DNA of 41,230 nucleotides from Pseudovirgaria hyperparasitica (taxonomy: Eukaryota), in NCBI GenBank assembly GCA_010093815.1, contig ML996567.1; one strand, written 5' to 3'. Shown here piece after piece: positions 25,868 to 38,018 of this stretch. A model generated the notes under the pieces. That model was not told the DNA's origin. It did not search any database and saw only the letters and a program-made list of their open reading frames with translations. The position numbers and the translations under genes are program-made. The stretch's first letter is position 1. Each line of letters starts with the position of its first letter.

Positions 25868-27517
25868 ATGGCACCCCCCTTAGTACCGCTTCCTAATGTA
25901 GATAGTATACGTTAAGCATGGGATATTATATTTAAACTTTTCCCCATCGGCGGGAGCGATAGAGCTTAAGCCGCCTTCTTCCGACCGTTATCGTTTCCTA
26001 GCCCGCCACTATTCATCGCACGATTACTAGAGGCAGCGGCTCGTTAGCTAAACGAGCAACAGATTCCAGCCTATTTACACGTTACCAATACGAATAATAA
26101 CTCGCCTAATAACGATGAAGAAGACGATTTCGTTCCTAACACATGCCTACCGCCTCCGACATCTCCCCTACCCTCTTAATAATCTTATATAACTCCTAGC
26201 ACCACGGTAGCTCTTCGTATAGTACCAGCGTAACTAGAGATAATAGCCTACGATACCGATTAAGAGCGAGAAGAGGACGACGAAGAAGAGCGTTAGTCTA
26301 TATATACCCCTAGAAAGCGGCGCCGTAATGATGTATCTAACTAGAACGAATAGTTAACTACGAGAACTCCGCTAACGACCACGAGGGTAAGTAATAAAAT
26401 CCGGGCCAAGTTAAGAGCAAAGTATAAGGCTATGCTTGGGGAGGTCATGGAGCCATTTACCAACCCCGATAGCCCGTCGTCACGGAACGAACATGAAGCA
26501 TGGCTCTGTGCAAATGTAAGTCATCTTCGTTGGATAGGCACATTATAACACTTCCCTAAAGATATAAACATGGTTGGACAACTCCTTAATCGCGCATTAG
26601 AGATTGGTTCACCGTTAACGCTACTTCACTTTAGATTACTACTATAAGAATGGCGAGACGGTAAGACGGTAGACACAGCGCCTCACAGCCTTAATCCCCT
26701 ATAGGTTGTTATTAGGGATACGACGTCGACTAGGGAACGCTTAGTGCGTACATTCATAGACTAGGCCAGTACACTCTACTTTAAGATCGTTAAGCTAGTA
26801 CACACATCGCGTCTTATCGGGATTAGACGTCGCCTAGCACTCGCGGATATATATGAAGCTATAAACGCTACTAAGGAGGCACTAAAAATAGACCGCACAT
26901 TCACCCTTAGCACTAGGCAAGGCATCCGGTCAATTATAAAGGCTCGTCTATATGCCCGTATTAATCAACTCATGGGAGATCATGCGCCAAGTCTAGAATA
27001 ACCGTAGGACCTAGATATCGATATATATATATAGTAAGGGGAGGCCTTTAAGCGGATAAGACAGTGGAAATAAATGAACGATTGGTTGAGTCATGGCGCG
27101 CACTAGGCGTTAATCCGCGAGAGGTTTGGCGACGGGTTATTCGTTCTACTACCACCCGAAATTACGGACTCTTTCTTCTAGAAGATAAGGGTTAGTATAC
27201 TAGAGGACTTCCTAGGCCTCGTAGACCGATGTCATCCATGGCTTAGACGACTTTGTTATGGTGTTAAGCCATATTTACATTAGATTTTGAATGGAGACAT
27301 TGCGCCACCTAGGTAGTTCCCGATCGAGAGAATGACCTCGGAAAATATTACGAATATGGCGCTAGAGTAGTTTATAAATCTAATTAATCTATAAGATCAT
27401 AGCCTAGGGCTAAGTACGCCATAGGACATGCGCACTATAGATAATGATGAGGTAGATTAGAGAATGAAATACACTAATTCAGTAGCGACTACACTAATAG
27501 TAGAACACCTTGGCTGA
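25868..27517 (+). pseudogene. RIP-inactivated unknown protein (about 550 codons), first gene of the cassette
   Basis: One frame from ATG 25868 to TGA 27517 with internal TAA/TAG stops. Acidic/Pro-rich segment, NLS-like PRKRRR, C-terminal 'IRERFGDGLFVLLPPEITDSFF'. Confidence 0.65.
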
Positions 27518-27702
27518 AGATCGGGGCTAGTGGCAGCCATTGATTTCCTATGGCACGGCCGTCGAAAACTAAAGGACCTGAAAACTCCTTACTCTAGAGC
27601 CGTCTAGAATCGCCGTTTCTACACCTATCTATAGGAACATAATTATATGTATTATAGTCTACTCCCGACGCCAACCTACTAACACTATACGAATATATAT
27701 AG

Positions 27703-30700
27703 ATGTCCGTAGATTCACTACTAGTCGTCGACCTTGACACCGGAGCAATTATCTATCGAGATTGCAAGCGCGCCATCCTCCCATCCGCGCTAGACCGCCA
27801 CCTCCTTTAAGAATACCGAGGAATGAGACTAAAGTATCGTAAGATCATTAAAAGCCATATTTACTCGCTTAGTTATACCGCTACTATAATCGACGACCTT
27901 CGAATACCCGCTGCCCTGTCACGGCCTATAAGGTATATTCCGGTTAAGAGAGGGTTCTAATATATTGTCGAGAACTGCGGATTAGTTCTTGGCCTTTTAA
28001 AGAATCTTAAATTATATATTAAAAACGAACATATAGCGTTCTTTAATGGGCGTAGGGGGGCTCCACCTAGAGCGGACGATGAGACACGTGGATATAGAGA
28101 TAATATACCATACCAATGCCTATATAATACAGGCCGGTTAAACCGCCTTATCCCGATTATAACACGTACCACTATATACACTCGTACACCAATTAACACC
28201 ACACTCGATTAGCTCTAGTTAAATTAGTAGAACGTCCTCAAAGACAAAGGTTATATAGTATAAACCGGCGCTATCGACGAAGTTGATCCATGGCTAGAAC
28301 GTATAAAATTCATCAACTACTTCCAAGGCATGGATGTCCTCGCACTTACTAATATCCTAGAGATGCCCACCGAAGGGCCGCTAAAGATAGTATCGTCTAG
28401 TCTAAGAGTTCTATTCTACCAAGCCTATGAGACAGTAGGCGCTCACGATAGACTACTATGCCTAGAAGTAGCGCGTTCTATAATAGAGCCCGGGCTATAG
28501 CGACCTCTCGCACGTTATCGGAACTAGAAAATATTCCGCGATCACTCGAAGTATCTTCAGCGTCTTATTATCGGGGCTATCCAAGCGTACTAGAATCCCT
28601 ACTACCTCCCGGCTTTAGTCTTTAACACTAAGACTAAGGCGTGTATTACTCGGCTTCTGGACTACATCACTACGGAACAGCCATCCGGCGAGAGTAATAG
28701 TAGCTCCGACTCTAAACCCGAGACGAGCGTAACTAACGACTATCGTAGAGTAGAAGGTAATCTTAGCGAGTGGGATCTGGAAACACGTCGGGCAAAACTA
28801 TACGAGGTATTTGGTATCTAAACCCGCCCTCTTTCTCGCATCGCCTACCTTTATATATAGCTTATCATTACATTACTACGATAGACGCTATATGTGTACT
28901 TATTTAAGGCCGCACTAGTCCCATTATCCGGCCTACTATGTGTAGATCGAAACGGGGGCTTCCTTTCACCATAGAACTATACGTCTACTCTATTAGTACT
29001 TATTAAGTTCTCCCGCCTTATTGTCCTTAAGTGGGCCATCTAGGAAGTCTTCCATAAGTAAGCGGGTAGTACTATAGATGTCCTCGGATATCTCTTACCA
29101 TTTATTAACTAGTATCTCCTCCGCGGTAGTCGCGGTGCAGTTGGATAGTAGATATAACTTAGAGCTTACGGTCTTAAAATCGTGGGTAACATAGCTATAG
29201 ACGCAAAGATGTAGTGGGTTAATGATATACTTACGTATAATGCATATACAATTCCAATGAATGCATTTAGAGGGATGGTCTCTAGCTTAATAAATCGAAT
29301 AGCGCGAACATTATATACTAATATTCTTCTACTATCTTCTATAGAGGGAGCACTAGTAATCCCATGGTAGTTACTTACGGATAATACGGCTGATAACACA
29401 ATCGGGTATAGCTTCCTTTAGTTAGCGTGCCTCTAGGAGTAGTCCTCATGGTTTAGAAGGCGAGTTGAAAAGGACTAGAATATACAGTTAGCGTTCTTTA
29501 CCAGAGGAGAGTTAGATACATAAAAAGTATAAGACTAGCTCGAACAGATTCGAGTCTTTCTTAGTTAGCTACTTATCCTTATCTATATAACAGCTGGACA
29601 GTCTACACGCGGACTAGAAATCCTAAGTATATGGTACCGTAACACGCGACAGGGTGATATACGTAATATTATTCTTTATGGTAATAAGCTTTACATTATA
29701 ATAAAGTACTATAAAGGGTATACACGTAAAGGAGATATCCGCCTAATTCTTCGATATCTACCGCCGGTCGTATATAATATTCTAATATGGTATCTTTGGT
29801 TAGTCATCCCGTGGAAGGAACAACTCAAGAGATTCATGGATCCAACATAGACAGTCGTCCCTGTATATATATGGCTATCGCCGTACTAGACTAGCGAGCG
29901 CATAAGCCATGCGATAAGGGAATAGATGCATCTTAGTATAGGAGTAGTTAATATGGGTATCGCAGACTATCGTTAAGTCGCGATTATAATTATAAAGCGC
30001 AAGCTTCAGAAGTACGAGATTAACCATATGGACGAGGCCGATAAGGATAGTCTATAGGACGAGGACCAGAATCCGGGTACCCGAGATGATAGTCTAACCG
30101 CTATCCTTAATGAGTAAGCTAGTCATAGTATAAAGATTACCTAGATCGCGTATAGTCGTGATATAAGTAGCCCGTTTAGTACGGTAAAGACGGTAATAGA
30201 GAGGTACTTCTAGGTTAGTCGCGCATGGTAGCACGAGATCGGGGTGCCTGTGTTTAATAAGGTTACGCCTAGCTAGACGCGAATTTCATAAGCACGGGCT
30301 TACCGTTAGGCTGCACTCTAGGAGAAGAACCCGCATAAGGCTGTTAAGGTCGTACTCCGTGACGAAAACGCTAGAATGTGACTCTAATAAGAAAAGGTAT
30401 TTACCGGGCTAGTCGAAGGCCGTAGTCTAATACTGGTTATATAGCCGACTACCTTAGGTAAAAGTCTACCTTTCATATTAGCTATGTTAATAGTACTAGA
30501 CGGAGTAATACTAGTTATTATCCCGCTAAAGGCCCTTCGAGATGACCTTATCCGCCGTTATTATAATAGTGGTATTACTATAGAAGCATTCGACCCTACG
30601 CACCCCCCTTACGGGACGTCTATTATTATTATTACGCCCGAGTCTATAAAAGGCGAACCGTTTATGTAGTTTATAAACTATATAAATAGCCTAGGACTAC

Positions 30701-32343
30701 TCGACCGTGTGATTATCGATAAGTGCCACTATATCATTAATAACGACTAGTTCCGGCCGGCCTTTCGCGATATCTAAATAATGGTCGATCTAGAGGTGTA
30801 GATTATACTCCTAAGTATAACCCTACCACCCGATGATGAAGCAGGGCTATGGAAAGCCATACGTGTAAACGCTAGAGATGTGTTTATCCACCGCGAAGCC
30901 ATAACTCGGCCTAATATTATATATGCGCTTGGGAGCCTACCTAAGAAGGCTCGAGGTACCCGTAGTTAAGCGGAATACGTGCGACGTGTTAGATAGGGCA
31001 TTACCGGTAGATGTCTCGTCTTCACGCCTATGGTCACGCAAGCTATTAGCCTCGTAGGGGAGCTTGGTTACGATGCGTACTATCGAGAGAGTATAGCTAA
31101 GGAGCAGGTCCTTAACGGATTCATCGCCGAAGAAGAAGGTATTATAGTTACTATAAACGCTCTCGGCCTAGGTGTTGACCTAGCTACCATTCGCGTCGTG
31201 ATATACTTAGGCGCTCCTTCTTTATTTCTAGACTATATATAAGAAAGCGGCCGGGCCGGTCGCGACCACCTAATAAGAAGCCTCGCTATCTTCGTAAAGA
31301 TAGGAGAAGCCACTACTAAGGACGCGATGACACTTGCTTACATGAACTGGATAGGGTGTTATAGGGTGTTTCTAGATGAGTATCTCGACGGGTCGTTTAG
31401 TAGAAAGAGCTATAACGGGGTTAAAGAGAAGTGCGATGTGTACGACCCTACCCTATCGACATTCCTACTATATTTAGAGACCCTCTAGGAGGATCTAGAA
31501 TCGGCGATTCTAGACCTTTCTAGTAGCTCGCCCGTGGGTTCCTTAAACAGTTAACCCGACCTACTCTAGACCGATTAACCGTCGCGCTAGCCGCCTTATA
31601 CGTGGAATAAGATGAAACGAGCACGTATACATGGTAATAGTGTAGGCGAGGCAGGAAGACCAGCGAAAGGGCGGGTATTAGAACTTCCTAGTGCGCGTCC
31701 GGACGAAGATTGCGTGGGCGAGGACACTTATAATCAACGAATGTTCATATAATAACAGTCCATGAAACTGGTAGCACAAGAACGTCGTCTATAAAATAGA
31801 CAATATATAAGTCTCGTCTAGTCATTATCCGAGTAGAGACGATAGTAGGCTAGTTATTACGATGCATGTGGTACTAATAGTAGAGTCTATACTACGCACT
31901 ACTTAGATAATAGACGACTTATAGACATGGTTAAGCGTGTGCTGGCCGACTAAATACGAAAGAGTAATGTCATGCCTAAACACGTGTACTACTTCACCTG
32001 TCACTGGCCATAAATTCTATGTCCGCGGTAGGAGCCTAGACCGGAGGGATAACTAGGGTTCCGTCGGCTCCCGGGAAATATTAAGTATGTATAGAAATTC
32101 GGTTTATATCGAGCTCTTAGCGTAATAGTAGTCCACCTATCTAGACGATGGGCTACCCGGTTAGAAGGGTTTGGAATTTCGAAAACGGGCCAACCACCAA
32201 TAGTAATAAGAGAAGGTGCATGGGACTCTAGTGAATTAGCCCGTTAGCTATAGCGTAAGCGGCGAGAGGGGGCGTATGAAATTACGAATGCTATTCTAGA
32301 ATTTAATTAGGGCACTCTACTAGTTGTGGATGTTAGTCGATAG
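27703..32343 (+). pseudogene. RIP-inactivated DUF3505 zinc finger + tyrosine-recombinase-like + RecQ helicase fusion (telomere-linked-helicase-like), about 1546 codons
   Basis: Single frame. N-terminal 'IIYRDCKRAI...LDRHL' and 'GF*YIVENCG...KNEH'; 'PWLER'. Central 'TAGQSTRGLEILSIWYRN', 'ADYR*VA', 'E*ASHS...AYSR'. Helicase motifs 'PTTLGKS', 'IIPLKAL', 'ITPES', 'IIDKCH', 'FRPAF', 'ALGLGVD', '*ESGRAGRD'. Cys-rich RQC-like and C-terminal zinc segments. Confidence 0.88.
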
Positions 32344-32840
32344 GGTCGGTGGGATTTATAGTTATTATAGTTTAAGTCTAGAAGTATGCAAAGTCTATGG
32401 AGCATCTTAATGCCTATAGGTAACGTCCGTGAGTTAGTGCTCTTAATCCACGTCGCCCTATGTTAAATAGAATATGAAGAGGGAGACGTGAAAAGGATTC
32501 TCCTAGTAACGCAGTTGCGCATTTAGTATAAGAGTATAAGAACTAGGATCTATGACCCTAACTATAGGGCACCCTATAAACAGTGATTCCTAGAGTAGGG
32601 GCTGGAATTTCTAATAAAACCGATAGGTTAATTCACTTCACTTATAACACGTCATGACGTGACGTAAGGAGGTTGTGTAACAACACGTGACAAGACCCAA
32701 AATATATATTTATATATATTATTTCCGTCAACTCTCTCTATCTCTCCTACATCATTTTACTATTTTCTTACGTAATCTTATTTTTTCGACATATATATAT
32801 TCAACCCACCGATCGCCGTTTATAGACCCTTCTAGAGATT

Positions 32841-35800
32841 ATAGCTCCTTTTCTTCTAGTTAACATTCAAGCATAAGAGGAAGAAGATGATGATTTTCTC
32901 GATCCGTTTTTAGATGCAGCTACTAAAGAGATTCGCGAAACCAGAGCAGCGTTATAGAAGAAATATACTACCTTATCCGCTCTTATCGTAGGTAGTAGCT
33001 TAATAGGCTACGATTCTAAAGCCATAGAGCGATTTCTCGAGGTCGCTGCTATAGAGGAGGAAGTAGGCGAAGCAGGAAAAGGCGCACCTATCGAGCTAAA
33101 GCCGGGAAAAGAGGCTAGACAGGAGCGTAAAAAGGAACCTAGGCTGGAAAAGGACCGTCGCCTTGGTAAGATTGCCTCTAACCTCGGAATTAGCGTGGTT
33201 AAAGCAGCCATTTTATTCTAGGATCCTGAAGTTAACGCCTTGCTTAATGAATACTATATAGAGTTCTTTGACCCGCGGATTCTGGAAGGTTCGCATCCGT
33301 TTAGCCAGTTCACTTTAGCTATGGAACTTATTAAAGAAGACCGTGCCCATTACCTTATAGTAATAGTCGCTAGTCGTAGTGAATGGGAAGATTACTAGTA
33401 GCGCGCGTCTCTTATTCTCTAGATAGATCTTAAGCTATCTTCTAATCGTACGAATCCTCTTTCGCGAATGCGTATGTCGGAGAACGACAAATATCTTCTA
33501 TTTAACGATATACTTAAATACCGACGCCATGCCCGTAACTAAGGGCAAGAATACGAGGACAACTTTCGCATGAAAATTGTCTATGCTAACGCGAGGTAGA
33601 TGTCCACAATGCCTTAGAAAGTTCCTACTAACTGGGTTCCCCCTACTCATCCACTAATCACTCTATAGGCCCGTCTAGGATCGACGATTATAGGCCCTTC
33701 TAAGAAAAAAGCTAGAAGGCGTTTAGATTAACACTAAGCCGCCGATAGTAACTCCACCACTAACCGGAATAGGGAACTTGGTAAGAATACTAGCGATGCT
33801 ATAGATTAGGACCCGATAGAAGATATCTAAGCGATAGATCCGAACTCGCTCCTCGACGCACCCATGCTAGACGCACTAGCTATACCAGATGCCACTATAA
33901 AAGAAGGACCTATAGCTGCCCTAGTAAAACTAAAACGTTCCTTGAAGCCTATAAAGGCACCGAGGAAAAAATTGCCTAAGTACCATACTAAGGCGTGGAC
34001 TAATATATAGAAACGCGGTCTAAATCCATCGGGAGCATCGATAGATACCTATAATAATCTAGAATTTATAGTCGAAGACAAGGGCATTAATATGGGCGAT
34101 CGGCGTGTGTTCGCTAGGTTATATCTCGAGAGTCTCCCCTCCGAAGAAGAGCTCTAGGCCACGCTTACGGTAACTTATAAGGATTATAACGTCGTTAATC
34201 CGGATCATCTTAAACTAGGAACGTGTCCGTACCACTCTTACCTTACTATTAAGAATCTTGTAAAGGGCTTAAGCGGTACTTAAAAGATCTCCGAGATTGA
34301 AACTAACGAGGTTATTTAAGCGAATAATAATAAGACGGCAATTACCGCACGCATTGACACGGATCTTAGTAATATAGTACTAATTATAGATTAGTTAAAG
34401 TCGGGCAGCGAGAAGAGAAGCAAACTATAGGATTGGTTAAATGACTAGAGTAATAACGGCGCCGCCCAACTATAAGACTATGTTACAGCCGCGGTGGGTC
34501 TCCGAGTCACTAGTACCCGAAAACCTTAGATTCTTAACATGAATCCTAGCGTTACTCTATATTAGTGGTAACTTATAGGAGCTTGGTGGCTCCGAAAGAG
34601 TATGGATAGTTCGGTTTCACGGGGTATAGTATTAGTAGATGGTGTCGGACTAGGTAAAACATTTACACTTTTGGCGCACTAGCTACATGTAAGTTCCTTC
34701 CCCTAGTGGCCTCTGGAATCGCCGATTCTAGACGCGCCTACACATATCTAACTAAAATATAGTTAATTAACGAGCGCATCGCCAATCGCGAGAAGGGTAT
34801 CCTAGTGTCTCCTCTAAAGCCCGCCCTGCTATTAGTACCCGTAAATCTCCTTACCTAAACCGCTGAGTAGATTACGGACTTTTCCTCGCTCTTCCGTGTC
34901 ATTACTAGTCACGGCGATAGCAGGGTCGGGAAATCAGCCACTGGTACTACGCGTTTAGTAGGTATCTTAACATAGAAGAGTTAGTACTTTAGACCGGAGG
35001 AGATTAACGCCCGTACTATCATCTTAATGTCCTACGCAACGTTTAACGCCCGTTATGGCCTTACTAGGTGGAGGGAGGAAATACGAGGGTACGCGGAGTT
35101 CTAGAATATTAAATCTAGAAATTGGGACGCCGTCGCATCGGTAGAAATGAAATATATGGAGAAGTAGCATTTTCCACATGATGCCCCTTGGAACCTCGCT
35201 TAGTACTTCGACTATACGGTAGCTAACGAAGCACACGGCTTCCGGAATGTTAACTCTACGACCAACCGGTCCATCTACGAGCTTAACATTAAACACTACG
35301 TCCTTATGACTGGTACTCCCGTCTACAACTTCGCTAGTAATATGCAGGGTCTTCTTAAAGTCACATAATAGAGCGCATCCCTCGACGATTATTTCAACGG
35401 TATTTCCGGTATATAGCCGCCATTTAAGGCGAAGTCTAACCTATATAAGTTTCTATCGATGATAGTAAGACTGTATCCGGACGTTTCGCAGGAAAAACTA
35501 GATCGCGTCCTAGGTATATGTCTGACTTCTCCGGCCTTTAAGCACTGGTGCCTAGGTTCCGGCTATAATGATCCTAAGCCGCCATTAGAGCTAGTGCAAG
35601 GCCAGTGCTTAAGTATAATATACGGAGCATTTGTACTTCGCCGCACGAACGACTCACGGTATAGCGATGATAATGCTACTTTAATCCGCAACTACATTCC
35701 GCGGGCCGAAAGGGTATAGATTAAAGTGGCGTATCTACTAGAGGTGTAGGCTAAGTACGACACGATTAGCGAGGAGACCCGAAAGAAGCTTATTTAGCCG

Positions 35801-37327
35801 AATCCTTACCGACCCTCGGAATTAAGCCTGAACTCCCGCATATAGCGGAACTTAGTGCTAATGTCTACTATTATCTACATTAGGTATTCACACTTTTTCA
35901 TGCGTAGGGACATAGTAGCGTTAAGGAAAGATAATGAATAGAAGCCAAAATTCCCTCGTCCTAGCTCTAAGAACGAGAGCCCGCGTTAGATATACGCTTT
36001 CCTACTAAACATCGCCTAAGCTCGTGATCGAAGCCATCCTAAGGGTGGACTTACCAAGCTAGTTAACGAAGTAGAGAACGTGCTAGTAGTACTACTAGGT
36101 ATTCTATTTAACTAGTCCCCTCGGCTCGTAGCACTCGCTATATAAGCTGTAACGTAGTACTTTAAGTACCAGGAGAAGGGCATCGTATAGGTGTAATATC
36201 CTATTGAGCGTGAGTTAGTATGTTACATGTTACGGCTAATAGGCTTTAAGCACGTCGGACGCGTCTTTGCCGAAGACGACGCGCCAACCAGATAACAAAA
36301 GTATAGACTATTTAACTAGAAGATGGACTCTACCTTTAATAAGACCACGCCTAACGACATTACCGGTGATAAGGACGACCTGCTAGAGGCGCCTAGAATC
36401 GCCGATCCTAGTGCGTTCTTAGACGGCGACAATACCCATTAGGATAACATTAATAGAGTTCCCTCCCGGATCGATTAGTTCGTTAATACATGCGGAATTA
36501 CAGGGGTTGGTTTTAATTTATAGAAGGCGAATAGAAATGTTCATTTCTTTTCTTATCCAGCTAATCTCGCTCTCCTACGGCAGCTCTTGGGTCGTATATT
36601 TCGACTTAAATAGCTCTTACCGACCCTGCTTTCTAAGTACTATATGCTAAACACATGGGCATCTAAAATGTCCATGGCCATGACTCGCTGAGCATTGCCT
36701 AAGATGTTTACTACTCTGTCTAGTCTCGTGGACGGTACCCTCGATACTACTCTCGATGTTATCGTTCCGCCTGTTCTTAAGGGCTGGTATCCCATAATTA
36801 GAGATGTATACCACGATTTCGGTCTAATTATCCATGAAGACGATCCGGAGTTTAAGAAGCTATGTAAACCGGAATCCACGGCTGTTCCCGTGCTTGAAGT
36901 CATAAAACGCCTCCTAACATTTAACCGTAGTATCGTCATTAACTAAAGTGAGAGGCTAGGTGTTACCGATCGGACGGAGAGGGCTACTAGTACATTTAAC
37001 ATCATTAGTGACACTATGCGCCGCCCTAATAACCGCCTGGATGAGGACCCTACTAAGCGTAGTGCCTATGGTCATGGTAAGGACGAGGTAGATAGTAGAG
37101 ATAGGATCCATTCGCTGCGAGAAGCCAGCGAGAAAATAATATTATTAAGATCTATATTAGAGCCTATGATCCGCATAATATAGTTAATCGAAGACTATGA
37201 AGACCTCTTCCTAATAGAATACGCTGCCGAACGATTCGTTAATGAGGACTAGACCACTTATATAGTAGAGTAGTTTATAATAGATGAGACACTAATAAAC
37301 ATAGGTGGAGATAACGATGAGGCTTAA
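32841..37327 (+). pseudogene. RIP-inactivated SNF2-family helicase/ATPase with a long N-terminal extension
   Basis: Probable ATG>ATA start at 32841. Motifs 'GIVLVDGVGLGKT' (34623), intron 34689-34762, 'PALLLVPVNLL', 'MSYATF', 'VANEAHGFRN' (DEAH relic, 35225), 'LMTGTPVYN', 'FVLRRT', 'GVGFNL', 'QLLGRIFRL'. Frames are consistent across the intron. Confidence 0.85.
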
Positions 37328-38018
37328 CCGTCTTCTAGGAGGGATTAGAATCGGCGTTTCTAGTCGCGTCTATAGTTGGTACTTTTCTTTAACAGCGTGT
37401 ATTTATATTCCACTAGTTATTTTATTATGTTCGTGGCTACTAGTATCTTTCCTTTAATAGTCTATATGAGGATGGTCGTCCTCATGGCTTATTACATCTC
37501 CTTACTTTCATAATCGACGCCTAGTTAAATATTATTATAATTTCCAATACTGTCTCACACGCTCCGTTAAGCATTCCCATACTCGTTTTCCATACCTTTA
37601 AAACGTGGTTCCACTCCGTACTAGAGGCGTCTGGAAACGTCGAGCGCCGATAGCCTTTTACTCCTAGTAACATCTTAGTATACGTGAGTATAGGCTTCGA
37701 ACTAGTATTACGTTATTCCGACTTACGCGACGTAAGGGAGGGTTCATTTCATTCACTTAGTATTACTTTACTTTACTACTTATCTATATTGTATCCGGTT
37801 CATTAACCTCTATTTACTTTTATAATGTTACTACCTAAACGAGACTAGCTTGGTATTCGCACGAAGGTATATGAATATATACCACCTTATAATTTCCTCT
37901 CTCCTATATCAACTTACTTACTCTCGTATACGTTAACAAGTCTCACAATTCGTTCGTTTATCTCATTAGTAATCGCAATTCACAGACGCCTCTAAACAGA
38001 TTATATAGGTTTAACAAA

